This document shows, one piece after another, positions 10,701-19,680 of a stretch of DNA of 53,579 bases. This DNA comes from Candidatus Bathyarchaeia archaeon (lineage in GTDB: Archaea; Thermoproteota; Bathyarchaeia; Bathyarchaeales; Bathyarchaeaceae), in NCBI GenBank assembly GCA_046760805.1, contig JBHIEV010000003.1, positions 1 through 53,579 on the forward strand. Reading direction: 5' to 3'. A model generated the notes under the pieces. The model made no database searches. It saw nothing but the letters and a program-made list of their open reading frames with translations, and had not been told where the DNA came from. Both the position numbers and the translations under genes were made by a program. The stretch's first letter is position 1, and every line of letters begins with the position of its first letter.

Positions 10701-11558
10701 TGAAGCCTGATTGTTAAAGTATGTGGTCACATGATATTGCAGGAGCTCTGATAGGTCCTGGATGATGAGTGTAGGGGCTCCTGCCTCCATGTTTTCCTTT
10801 AATCTCTGGTTGATACGTATTATGTCGACAAGTTTGTGGGTTAGATCATCTTCTGAGCGGATGCCGGACTCCAATGTTATGGAAGGTCTGACGTAGACTG
10901 GAGGAACAGGAAGAACCTGCAAGATCATCCATTCTGGGCGGGCGTTCTCTGGGTCAAAACCGAAGAGTTCAAGGTCCTCGTCAGGTATACGCTCAAGCCT
11001 TTCACGAGTTATGCTTGGGGTCAACCGCTGTGCGCCCTCCTCCATAATCTCGTGGAAAGTGGTCGGTTTTGCGAACTCTATCTTGTACTGTGGTGTACCA
11101 CAATGGGGACATTCTTTGATTCTCGCCCTTCGCAAAACGCCTTTGTAAACTCCGCTAGGCACAGTTCCTCTCAACTTGCGAATACGCTTGATTCTGGCTT
11201 TGAATTTGACTATCTGATCCGTGGATAATAATATCCGTCCACAGTTTCTGCAGGTGGACCTGAGAAGGTCGTAAATCATTTTTGTGAATTCTATGTGGAC
11301 GACTGGAACAGCCAGTTCGACATGACCGAAGTGTCCTGGGCATCGTATTGCGGTGTTGCCACAAGTTCTGCACCGCTGCCTTGGCTCTAGCGTTCCCAAC
11401 CTTCCATCCATGAGCCCCGATATTATAGGCGCCCCATCTTCATCGTAGGTGTCGGCTGTCTGTATCTCTGCCACTGATAATCTACGTACCTCTTGAGGGG
11501 ATACTATTCCAAACGTGATCTCATTAACCACTTTGCTGATAGTCTCTTCCATCGCCAC
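7743..11558 (-). CDS. rpoA: RNA polymerase largest subunit, fused A'+A''
   Basis: NADFDGDEMN catalytic motif, CPGHFGH, and A''-type QSIGEPGTQMTLRTFH in one 1271-aa ORF. Confidence 0.98.
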   Translation of the reverse strand: MAMEETISKVVNEITFGIVSPQEVRRLSVAEIQTADTYDEDGAPIISGLMDGRLGTLEPRQRCRTCGNTAIRCPGHFGHVELAVPVVHIEFTKMIYDLLRSTCRNCGRILLSTDQIVKFKARIKRIRKLRGTVPSGVYKGVLRRARIKECPHCGTPQYKIEFAKPTTFHEIMEEGAQRLTPSITRERLERIPDEDLELFGFDPENARPEWMILQVLPVPPVYVRPSITLESGIRSEDDLTHKLVDIIRINQRLKENMEAGAPTLIIQDLSELLQYHVTTYFNNQASGIPPARHRSGRALKTLSQRLKGKEGRFRSNLSGKRVDFSARTVISPDPNLDINEVGVPLDVAMRLSLPEKVTEWNIEEMRELVINGPEKYPGALYVVRPDGKRVRLEFVVDREKVAEALEPGFIMERHLRDGDIAIFNRQPSLHRMSIMAHYVRVLPHKTFRLHLCVCPPYNADFDGDEMNLHVPQSEEAQTEARLLMQVQDQILSPKFGGPIIGAIRDFITAAYLFTRKSSRLSREEVCRLLAAAQYDGALPEPEIKEPEPLWTGKQIFSLFIPEGLNYALKASICRGCTRCDREECTYDAYVVIKDGILKSGVIDRSSIGAEQSESLLHQIIKDYGASAGRRFLNQITQLLKLFMTMRGFTYSFDELELSSSVEKKIHKTIQDSEERVQELIKKSKDGTLQRLPGQTLDESFEIYVMNELATARDKAGRAADQDFDIGNSGMIMTRTGARGSSLNIGQMTACVGQQSVRGKRIMRGYLKRALPHFEVGDPTPKARGFVYSCYREGLDPVEFFFHAMGGREGLVDTAVRTQQSGYMQRRLINALEHLRIEYDGTVRNSVGDIIQFRYGDDGVDPAKSDHGKAVNVNRLIEQIKIARGEGRPASKEYVKKRVEEVKNELTPLLFEELKRKLSKAKLTQEGVDEAISLTLENYRRSLVEPGEAVGIVSAQSIGEPGTQMTLRTFHYAGVREQNVTLGLPRLIEIVDARRIPSTPIMNVYLDTEHRKSEKKATEVAREILYTTMEDISKAMYIDPEKDEVVVKLDLTMMEDRGISLDELEKKLRLPKCTLRVEKDQLNIKPEKPKDARKLLDKLPTYHIRGLPGISRVLVTEEGREWVIRTDGSNLAKVLGVRGVDPKRTFTNHIHETAETLGVEAARNLIVKEALGVLEEQGLDVDVRHVMLVSDIMTATGEVRQIGRHGISGEKASVLARAAFEITVPNIVEAAISGESDLLSGVTENVIVGQSIPIGTGLVDLYMSAVSKEATE

Positions 11559-11559
11559 T

Positions 11560-14500
11560 TTACGCTCTCTCCTTCAGTTTGAGCCGGGGTGCTATGCAGA
11601 GACTCATCATCTCTTGCAGAAGAAGTTTGAAGGCGTAGGAGACGGTTACGGGAGAAATCTCGGCTTTTTCTTCACAAAGTCGGCACACATACTTGCGTTG
11701 TTTGCTGTCATAAAAGGCGATGTAGCCACATCGCTCACACACGTAGAGAACATACTTGTCAGATTCCTCAAGCAATCGATCTCGCAAGAGCATAGCGGCG
11801 CCGTGTCCAATCAAGCAGTCTCTCTCCATCTCACCGAACCGCAGTCCACCGCCTCTCGCTCTTCCCTCAGTCGGTTGCCGCGTCAGCATCTGAACCTGTC
11901 CCCGTGCTCTGGCGTGAATCTTATCCGTTACCATGTGATGGAGCTTCTGGTAATACACCACGCCCATGAAAATATCCGCAACGAACTTCTCACCTGTAAT
12001 GCCATTGTAGAGGACATCTCGACCAGTGTGACTAAATCCCAGCTCTATCAATGCCCTTTTGACTTCTCGTGGATTTTCGCTTATGAAGGGTGTTCCGTCG
12101 GCTGCTCTTCCCCTTGCAGCTGCAACCTTTCCAGCCATGGATTCTAGGAACTGTCCAATGGTCATTCTTGAGGGAATAGCGTGGGGGTTGATTATGATGT
12201 CAGGAACGACGCCGTCTGTGCTGAAGGGCATGTCTTCTTGTGGTACGATCAATCCTATTACGCCTTTTTGACCGTGGCGGGAGGCGAATTTGTCACCTAA
12301 CTCGGGAAGACGTTGATCGCGCATCCTAACCTTCACGAGTTTGCTTCCCTCGCCAGTCTCTGTGATAAAGACATCGTCCACGACACCGGTTTCAGCCTGC
12401 CTCACATCAACGGAGGTGTCTCTCATCGTTGGGCCTTTCACCTCAAACTCTTTGTACTCCTCAAGGAAACGCGGTGGACTACTTCTTCCAATGAGAACAT
12501 CGCCGCCCAACGCCTCGGATTCCAAGCTGATTATCCCGTCGGGTTCGAGAAGACGGTAATATTGTTCACCTCGGTAACCTCGAATGCCTGGCTCTGGCGT
12601 GGCAAACTGGTCTCTCAGTCCGCCTAGATATTGGCGGCATTCTGCGTCATAGATTCGGTAGAATGTTGAACGGCTCAGCCCACGTTCGATAGAAGCTTTA
12701 TTGAAGACGAGGGCGTCTTCCATGTTGTATCCTTCAAATGATATGACGGCAACGACACAGTTTTGTCCAGAAGGTCTAAGATCGTATCCAACGATGTCCA
12801 TGGGCTTTGTCTTGACTAATGGTGTCTGCGGGTAGTGTAGAAGATGGGAACGGGAGTCAACGCGATATGGGAAGTTTGTGACGTACACTCCGAGGGCCTG
12901 TTTAACCATGGCTGCCTCGTAGGAGTTGCGTGGTGATTGGTTGTGTTCTGCATAGGGGATGATGGAGGCACATATTCCAAGCATTGTATATGATGCAATC
13001 TCTAGGTGGGTGTGCTTAGGTGTAACTTCTTCAGCCCTCAAGGCTACTAAAACGTTCTCTTCTTCCTCAGCGTCAACGTACTCAATGATTCCTCGCTTTA
13101 TGAAATCTTCCCAGGCCCATTCCCCAGAACGAAGCTTTTCAATATGCTCAGGCTGCAATTTTGGTGTGCCCTCTTCAACGACTATAAGAGGGCGACGTAC
13201 CCTTCCTTCATCACAATTAACATATACTTCCTCTTTCACTCCATAAATCTCTGAGAAATACGCAACATTGACTTCAGGAGAGATCTTACCACTTCTGCGC
13301 TTTTGCCTTAGTTCGGTGACTAGCTCCTGTGGTGATATGGAAAAACCGATCGAACAGCCGTCCACAAAGACTTTGGCGCCAGATACTCGGATGTTTTCGT
13401 TTGCCTCTTGAATTGGAATTACACCCATTCGATAAAGAGTTTGCGTCACCTTCTTTGGGTCAGCACTTACGGACATGCTGGCAGCAAGGGCAAGGTTCTT
13501 CACCAAGCCACAGTTGGACCCTTCAGGTGTCTCATTGGGACATAGCCTTCCCCAGTGGGTTGGGTGTAGGTCTCTCGCCTCAAAGTTTGGTTGGCTGCGG
13601 CTGAGAGGTGATTGCAGTCTTCGCAGGTGACTAAGCGTAGAGATCCGATTTGTCCTATCAAGGAGTTGAGTAACGCCGACTCGTCCACGCCTCCAGTTGC
13701 CCGTTGCTAGAGCGTGTTTAAGTCGATCCGAGATTATTCCTGGGCGGACAGCTGCAGATATCGTGATCGCAGACCTCTTAAGTCCCATCCTTTCAAGTTG
13801 ATATTTTATGTCTCGACACAGACTTCTGAAGGCGATCCTAAAGAGATCGGAGAGCAAAGGTCCAGCAAGTTTGAGGCGTTTGTTCTTGAAGTGGTCTTTG
13901 TCGTCGGGTGTTCGTCTTCCAAGCTTCAGTTCGATGACCCGGCAAGCCATCTCGCCTAGGAAGAAGGCTTTTTCCCCGCGTTTTTCTGTGTTACGCCCAA
14001 GGTGGGGGAGGAAATTTCTGTCGAGAAGGGTCTCAGCCCTTCTTCTTCGGTACTCCTCTACTTGACCGTGAGCCACGCGATTTCCGATGTACATTATGGC
14101 TTCCTCGACCGTGTCGAAGCCGCTGGCTTTTTCGAATGATGATTCAAGTTCGTTTTGCACAGCTTTCTCTGGAGAGACAACCTCAGCGATTTCCTTGTCC
14201 GATCCTAACCCTAGTGCGCGCATCAGGACAACAAAGGGTACCTCGGTTGGGACCCCTGGAATCGAAACGTAGATGGCGCCATCTCCTTTCATTCGTAACT
14301 GAATTCTGGCCCTGAAGCCGACCGTTGTTGAGAATATTTTTGCCTGATAGACAGGTTTTGCACCGTGTGTGTCAACGTCTACGAGGATGCGGTTTGGAGC
14401 AAGGTCTTCTAGTGCGACGATGACTCTTTCTGAACCATTCACGATAAAGTAGCCTGCTGGGTCGCTTGGGTCCTCTCCGTGTTCGATCAGTTCTTCTGGC

Positions 14501-14922
14501 GCTAGTTCGGAGAGGAAACAGAGTTTTGACTTCAGCATCACTGGAAAGTCTCCTATGAGAACCAGTTCTGTTTCGAGTTCTCTTCCGTCAATCACTGGTG
14601 TCATCTCCAGAGAGAGTGGTGCTGCGTATGTTAGGTTTCGGAATCGGGCTTCCATGGGATATATTTCGTGTTTTGTTCCGTCGACTTCTGTGATGTATGG
14701 GCCTGTGATCCTCGATTGGGGGTCTATTATCCAGATTTTGCCTAGTTTTATCTTGTATGGGCTTTCTGGGATTTCTATGTCGATCTCGCCGATCTCGTCT
14801 ATTACTTCCTGTAGCCCGTGGTCGATGAATTCGTTGTAGGAGTCGAGATGCTGCCTTACCAGTCCTTTTTCTTTGAAGAATGATTTCTGGAGAAGAAGTA
14901 GATCATCATGGGAGATTTCCAA
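11560..14922 (-). CDS. rpoB: RNA polymerase subunit B (unsplit)
   Basis: GDKFASRHGQKG, GGLRFGEMERD; start re-set to TTG ~14922 after GGAGGTG (exact start uncertain). Confidence 0.97.
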   Translation of the reverse strand: MEISHDDLLLLQKSFFKEKGLVRQHLDSYNEFIDHGLQEVIDEIGEIDIEIPESPYKIKLGKIWIIDPQSRITGPYITEVDGTKHEIYPMEARFRNLTYAAPLSLEMTPVIDGRELETELVLIGDFPVMLKSKLCFLSELAPEELIEHGEDPSDPAGYFIVNGSERVIVALEDLAPNRILVDVDTHGAKPVYQAKIFSTTVGFRARIQLRMKGDGAIYVSIPGVPTEVPFVVLMRALGLGSDKEIAEVVSPEKAVQNELESSFEKASGFDTVEEAIMYIGNRVAHGQVEEYRRRRAETLLDRNFLPHLGRNTEKRGEKAFFLGEMACRVIELKLGRRTPDDKDHFKNKRLKLAGPLLSDLFRIAFRSLCRDIKYQLERMGLKRSAITISAAVRPGIISDRLKHALATGNWRRGRVGVTQLLDRTNRISTLSHLRRLQSPLSRSQPNFEARDLHPTHWGRLCPNETPEGSNCGLVKNLALAASMSVSADPKKVTQTLYRMGVIPIQEANENIRVSGAKVFVDGCSIGFSISPQELVTELRQKRRSGKISPEVNVAYFSEIYGVKEEVYVNCDEGRVRRPLIVVEEGTPKLQPEHIEKLRSGEWAWEDFIKRGIIEYVDAEEEENVLVALRAEEVTPKHTHLEIASYTMLGICASIIPYAEHNQSPRNSYEAAMVKQALGVYVTNFPYRVDSRSHLLHYPQTPLVKTKPMDIVGYDLRPSGQNCVVAVISFEGYNMEDALVFNKASIERGLSRSTFYRIYDAECRQYLGGLRDQFATPEPGIRGYRGEQYYRLLEPDGIISLESEALGGDVLIGRSSPPRFLEEYKEFEVKGPTMRDTSVDVRQAETGVVDDVFITETGEGSKLVKVRMRDQRLPELGDKFASRHGQKGVIGLIVPQEDMPFSTDGVVPDIIINPHAIPSRMTIGQFLESMAGKVAAARGRAADGTPFISENPREVKRALIELGFSHTGRDVLYNGITGEKFVADIFMGVVYYQKLHHMVTDKIHARARGQVQMLTRQPTEGRARGGGLRFGEMERDCLIGHGAAMLLRDRLLEESDKYVLYVCERCGYIAFYDSKQRKYVCRLCEEKAEISPVTVSYAFKLLLQEMMSLCIAPRLKLKERA

Positions 14923-15111
14923 ATCAGTTGGCACCTCCAAAATCATCTTTGCCAACATAAACGTATCGGGGGAGTTTGGTGAATTTCCTCTTAATCGTGG
15001 GATCTTTCCTCCAATGGGTCGGTCATCCGACCCGAAAACGGGTCTCCTAATGTTGCTTCCCATTTATTTTTCTGGGAGCTAACATCGTAAACCCTGTCAC
15101 CTGCTAATAAA
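14923..15111 (-). promoter_or_regulatory. rpoB promoter and ~165-nt structured 5' leader
   Basis: AAGTAAAG-TTTATTAG BRE/TATA-like element (15104-15111); hairpins at 15049-15086, 15029-15044 and 15016-15033. Confidence 0.5.
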
Positions 15112-15219
15112 CTTTACTTATAGAGGTTCTAGTTGTCGTTTCTAAAGGCTCGGTTCCTCGCAAAGAAGAACAGATAAAGGTTGAAGCCCCATGAAGAATC
15201 CAAGAAGTGAATGAAGCAG

Positions 15220-15952
15220 ATGTGCCGAATGCCGGGAATAGTCAGCAGAAAGCCTATTCCTTCTAACTATCTAAGGGATTTTCTGGTTCTCGCCGAGACA
15301 GGAAAGGCGCCCAAGGGAAGGAAAGCTTGACACAAGGATGGGTGGGGCATCGTATACTACGATGTACGAAGATCTATGTATTTGGGTCGGCACCCTAAAA
15401 ATGCCATGAAAGATCAACGATATGAGGAGGCTTGTGAGAATCTGGATAAGTGGCAGGGTTCTGGGGTTCTATTGGCGCATCTTAGGAAACGTTCTGTTGG
15501 TTCGGCGACGTTGGAGAATACATCACCCTTTACAAGTGAGAACTGGTGTTTCGCGCATAACGGCACTATTAGGAATTTCTTCGTTGAAGTTGAGGGTGAG
15601 AGGCAGGATATGACTGATAGTGAACGGTTTTTCGGTCGTTGCTCCAAGAGAATGAGAGGACAAAGGGAGTAGTGGAAGAAACCATACTACAAGTGGTTCA
15701 AAGTGTTGTAAGCCCATACGAGTATTCTTCCCTAACGTTTCTCCTCTCGAATGGAGACAACATCTATGCCTACAGGGACATTCGGACAGAAAGATAGAAG
15801 ACTACTATACGTTAATGTACGCAAAAACTGACGATACAGCGATTTTCACTCAGGAACACCTCTGGAAAAAGAAGTGGGTGGATATTCCAAACAAGTGCCT
15901 GGTCAGCGTGAACAAAGAACTGATAATAAGGTCCACAAAACTCGCAAAATAG
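15220..15952 (+). pseudogene. Class II glutamine amidotransferase (YafJ/EgtC-like) pseudogene
   Basis: MCR start, HKDGWG, AHLRK, FAHNGTI, TDSERF; in-frame TGA at 15328 plus frameshifts near 15630 and 15795. Confidence 0.85.
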
Positions 15953-16008
15953 AAAACTTAAGTAAGAGTCCCTTTTCTTTTATGGAAATTGGCGCTCTGA
16001 GCCAACCA

Positions 16009-16116
16009 GCCCTGGTAGTATAGTCCGGTCACAGGGAGGCGATTTCTTCCAATGCCGGAATAGTATAAGCGGCTGTCGCCCGCTTGACCCGGGTTCGAAT
16101 CCCGGCCAGGGCGCCA
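16009..16116 (+). tRNA. tRNA-Asp(GTC) with ~30-nt D-loop intron (~16031-16060)
   Basis: Acceptor GCCCTGG/CCAGGGC+GCCA, arm AGCGG-CTGTCGC-CCGCT, TTCGAAT loop; BHB-like CCGG/CCGG helix with TCA and AAT bulges. Confidence 0.93.
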
Positions 16117-16184
16117 TCATCCTTCTCAAAGGCACACTGTGCTCCAAGGCAAGAGGATAGTGAAGACAGAATTTGGAGATTTTA

Positions 16185-16430
16185 GACACACGCAAGCTTT
16201 CTCGCGGGCGCTGTGTCCCACGCAACTAACACTCAACCTCACAGCAGAGCATAACGCTCCCCTCGGCCGAGCTCTCTCTAACGTGGGTTGGGATGGCGCC
16301 CGCGCCCACCGTGTCCCATGCTTGGGTAAACCCTCCGTCACAGGAAGATGAAGCATCAGCCTCTGTCGAGTCCGTCTGCATGAGCCTTTGCAAGGTCTCG
16401 GTGGGATTTCAGGCTAATCTCATCGCCACC
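16185..16430 (-). ncRNA. Unannotated ~250-nt structured RNA, possibly a multi-hairpin H/ACA guide
   Basis: GC-rich stems (GGTGG/CCACC, CTCATGC/GCATGGG, CGCGGGCGC/GCGCCCGCG, CCCACG/CGTGGG); G-U pairs favour minus strand; TATA-like TTTATC ~28 nt upstream; repeated TGGG-ACA-C. Confidence 0.6.
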
Positions 16431-16476
16431 ACTAAACTAAAGCGACCGGCAAGATAAACATTCCTTGATAACACCG

Positions 16477-18174
16477 TTATGCGGGCGGGCACCCCTCCAT
16501 GGTTCTTTCAAGATTGATCTCAAAAGCGCTAGTAGGTTTTTTGAGTTCGAAATTATTCAAGACTTGTGGGTGAATCTCACCGATAATGCCGATTTCTCTG
16601 TTTTTGAAGTTTACTTTTGCTGTTCTGCCTGGTATGAAACTCGCATGTGTGGTTTCTTTTATCTTCCATTGTTTTAGGCCTAGATTGAGGAACAATGCTT
16701 CTAGGCAGGACTTTATTTCCGTGAAACTAGCGTCAGGATGTGTCGTAACACAGGCAAGTTTGGCTATGCTCTGTGTCTTGGTTTCTGCTTTTTCGTCGAA
16801 CACAACAACATAGCCAACTTCAAATATTTTCTGCGGATATTCAACATGGGTGTTTTGGCGGAGAAACTCCATGAGGCAGGGCAAGAGCCAGTTCCGCAGG
16901 CAAGTAAAAGTTTCCATCTTGGGGTTGGCGATCTCCACAACCTTCTCCAATTTTTTGTTCATTTTTGTTTGCAAAGTTTCTGGGTTGGTCATTGTGAATG
17001 TTAGGATTTCTTGGAATCCCAAGCCTACCATAATCTCTCTAACGAGGTCGCAGAAACGCATCTGCGGAGGCACGCCACCTGTAGTCGGTAAGCGTTGCCA
17101 CCTCGGCTTGATCTTGTTGTATCCGTATGCTATGGCGATATCTTCAACAATGTCAACTGGATGCATAATGTCGATTCGATAGCACGGAATTTTCACGACA
17201 ATATATCCTTTCTGTGTTTTGCCTATTCCGTATCTGGCTTTCCTAAGTAGTTCAGCCGCCTCTTTCGGCGTGAGTTTGAAGCCTAACAGCTTTTCTACGT
17301 CCGCTAAGTCTATGCGCATTTTTTTCGTTTCAAGTTGTGGTGTTATAACGTCCTTTGATCCTTTATAGTAATAATGAATGGTTGCAGTGAAGATTTCTCC
17401 ACTTCGGTCTGCTAAGGATACAACAATCATGTTGAGTGTATTCATAACAGTTTCGTAAGAGGTTCCGGTTACCTCAATCAAAACATTGCGCGTATTCTCC
17501 GTTATTCTCCCAAGGTCGTTTGAGTTAATAATAGGCGGAAAAGAAAGCACATTATTTTTGGAGTCTGAAAGCAAGGGCCAGACAGCATGTGGGCGAACTA
17601 GGTCTCCATAGTCTATGCCTTTCGGATGTCTCTCGAGAATCTCTTTTAGAGTCATTTCTTCATCAAAACCTAAAGGTACAAAGCTAACCTGCTCGGGTTT
17701 TGCCACACCAAATCGAAGTGGGGGAAAAATCAAATCAAAATTGTAAAGCCCGATAGAAGTTCTTCTCCTATTCCTTCCATAAGTTTGGTCCAGCTTGTCT
17801 TGTAAACGCATGGCTCCACGAATCATTGGATCCGTAAATTTGATTCCTTTTAAAATTGCACAGCCAATGTAAGGTCGTATATTCTTCAACCTCGAATCCA
17901 CATAGATTTCTGCCTCAGAACTGCCAGCAATTGAATAATTCTTCAGTCCCTTTTCTAGGTTTAAGAATCCTCGAAGCGCCCTAGCGATTCCTTCCACGCT
18001 CCACAGGTCAGCACGATTGCTGTCCTTTACCTCAACGTGAATCTCCTCCTCGCCAAGGTATTTGATCTCGCCTTTCACGTAAGCCAGCAAGTCGTTGAGT
18101 TCTTCTATGTCTTCAGGAAGCTCCAATCCAAGCAATACTTCGAAATCTTTCCGTTCAACCTCGATGGTTGGCAT
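16477..18174 (-). CDS. pheT: Phenylalanine-tRNA ligase beta subunit
   Basis: NRADLWSVEG, SFPPIINS, YRIDIMHPVDIVEDIAIAYGY. Confidence 0.97.
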   Translation of the reverse strand: MPTIEVERKDFEVLLGLELPEDIEELNDLLAYVKGEIKYLGEEEIHVEVKDSNRADLWSVEGIARALRGFLNLEKGLKNYSIAGSSEAEIYVDSRLKNIRPYIGCAILKGIKFTDPMIRGAMRLQDKLDQTYGRNRRRTSIGLYNFDLIFPPLRFGVAKPEQVSFVPLGFDEEMTLKEILERHPKGIDYGDLVRPHAVWPLLSDSKNNVLSFPPIINSNDLGRITENTRNVLIEVTGTSYETVMNTLNMIVVSLADRSGEIFTATIHYYYKGSKDVITPQLETKKMRIDLADVEKLLGFKLTPKEAAELLRKARYGIGKTQKGYIVVKIPCYRIDIMHPVDIVEDIAIAYGYNKIKPRWQRLPTTGGVPPQMRFCDLVREIMVGLGFQEILTFTMTNPETLQTKMNKKLEKVVEIANPKMETFTCLRNWLLPCLMEFLRQNTHVEYPQKIFEVGYVVVFDEKAETKTQSIAKLACVTTHPDASFTEIKSCLEALFLNLGLKQWKIKETTHASFIPGRTAKVNFKNREIGIIGEIHPQVLNNFELKKPTSAFEINLERTMEGCPPA

Positions 18175-19680
18175 CTAGGTCAGCTCCTTGCGTCTTATCC
18201 AGTTCAAGTCTTGCGAGAACAAGTAGCGGATGTCGTCGATTCCAGCTTTCATCATGAACAAACGGTCAACGCCTAAACCCCAGGCTAAGACTGGCACTTT
18301 TATGCCCAGTGGAAGTGTTACTTCTGGACGGAAGATTCCTGAGCCCCCAAATTCTAACCATCCATAATCTTTTTTGTAGGCTACTAGCTCGACGCTTGGC
18401 TCTGTGAAAGGGAAATAGTCTGGTCTAAACTTCACCATGTCTGCACCCGCTATGTCTATGGCAAACCTTTCTAACACGCCTAGCAAGTCTCGCAGTGCCA
18501 AATCCTCACCAACCACTATGCCCTCAACTTGGTTGAACTCGGTTAGATGGGTTTTGTCAACCACATCAGGGCGATAGCAACGAGCTATAGCGAAGTACTT
18601 CCCTGGAATCTCCAAATCCTTGCTGAGTAAGGTTCGCACGCTCAAGGCTGTTCCATGTGCACGTAGTAGTAAGCGTTTTGTCTCACGGAGGGAGAAGCGA
18701 TATCTCCAGCCAGTAGAGCCGGTCTTCCAGCCTTTTTCGTGGGTTTTCCTTACATTTTCTACTATTGACTTATGGGCCTCAGCTTTTCCATACCTTGGTG
18801 ATTTTATGTAGTACACCCCGAAAATTTCTCGTGCTGGATGATCTTGTGGCGTGTACAGACTGTCAAAGTTGAAGAAAGATAACTCTACAGGTGGACCTAC
18901 CATTTCTTTGAAGCCTAAGGCAACTAATTTTTCTTTCAGTTTATCAAGGAACCAAGCGTAAGGATGTTTCTTTCCAGGCCACGTTATGGCAACTGGCGCC
19001 TTAATGTTATATTTTCGTAGCCTAACCTGACGCCATTTTCCAGAAACAATCAGTTCTGGGGTTAGCTGGCTGATCTCTTCAGCTACTTCTATTCCCTGTT
19101 TAACCAGCTCCCAGCCAGCATTGGTCAGCTCAAGCTCTCTCAGAGTCTTTTTGTCAATCTTCACAAGCCCTCGGCTTTTCAAGGTGGAAACAGCATCCTG
19201 CAATTCTTTGCCCAGATCCTCGACCATTTGTGGACCTTTTTCGTCTAGGAGCTGCAAGGCCTTCTCGTCCTTTCCAACCTCAGGCTTCTTCGAGAGTTTC
19301 AGAACATGCTTCTCCACAGTTGCCCAGCCCTTGCGCCTCAGCCATCCTAGGGCTATGGTTAAGAACTTTCTCTCCAAACCCGCCTTGCGGGTGGTTTCTT
19401 CGATTGTGGCTTCACCGCCCAGTTTAGCTACCGCTTCGGCCAGACGCCGTTCTGGAAGGCCTTTTCTTGCGTGATACTTTCCTTCTTTACTGAGTGTGGT
19501 TGTTGTGTGTTCCTCTTCGTGGATCTCTGCCAGCTTTTTTGTCTTGAGAGATAAGGCTGCTCGCATGACGGCGGCGTGAGCCAAGCCGCTGATCTTCATG
19601 ATTCCCTTGATGCTTCCTCTCCCACCAAGTTTTTCCAGAGCGAGCAAGGTCTTCTGCTCGTTTTCTCGAAGTTCACCCAT
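18175..19680 (-). CDS. pheS: Phenylalanine-tRNA ligase alpha subunit
   Basis: PQDHPARE, EFNQVEG, YFPFTEPS, AWGLGVDR. Confidence 0.97.
   Translation of the reverse strand: MGELRENEQKTLLALEKLGGRGSIKGIMKISGLAHAAVMRAALSLKTKKLAEIHEEEHTTTTLSKEGKYHARKGLPERRLAEAVAKLGGEATIEETTRKAGLERKFLTIALGWLRRKGWATVEKHVLKLSKKPEVGKDEKALQLLDEKGPQMVEDLGKELQDAVSTLKSRGLVKIDKKTLRELELTNAGWELVKQGIEVAEEISQLTPELIVSGKWRQVRLRKYNIKAPVAITWPGKKHPYAWFLDKLKEKLVALGFKEMVGPPVELSFFNFDSLYTPQDHPAREIFGVYYIKSPRYGKAEAHKSIVENVRKTHEKGWKTGSTGWRYRFSLRETKRLLLRAHGTALSVRTLLSKDLEIPGKYFAIARCYRPDVVDKTHLTEFNQVEGIVVGEDLALRDLLGVLERFAIDIAGADMVKFRPDYFPFTEPSVELVAYKKDYGWLEFGGSGIFRPEVTLPLGIKVPVLAWGLGVDRLFMMKAGIDDIRYLFSQDLNWIRRKELT

Noticed and set aside
7795-14839. 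Many plus-strand ORFs inside rpoA/rpoB
   Set aside because: Antisense shadows of long coding genes
14925-15015. Possible rpoH remnant (alternative frame TIKRKF..RYVYV)
   Set aside because: Only superficial similarity; lacks HxLVPKH, LPxI and GDV motifs
15328-15330. In-frame TGA as selenocysteine or recoding
   Set aside because: Not at a catalytic Cys position and the gene also has frameshifts, so it is a pseudogene
15980-16356. Short ORFs in the track here, and at 24610-24904 and 28597-28830
   Set aside because: They overlap tRNA or structured RNA genes and have no protein motifs
16345-16430. Fluoride riboswitch resemblance (GGCGATG..GCC..GCTGATG)
   Set aside because: P1 and pseudoknot pairs mismatch, and no downstream gene on that strand
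16185-16430. RNase P or SRP RNA
   Set aside because: No GAGGAAAGUCC or ACAGAA..CUUA conserved regions, and no SRP helix-8 motif
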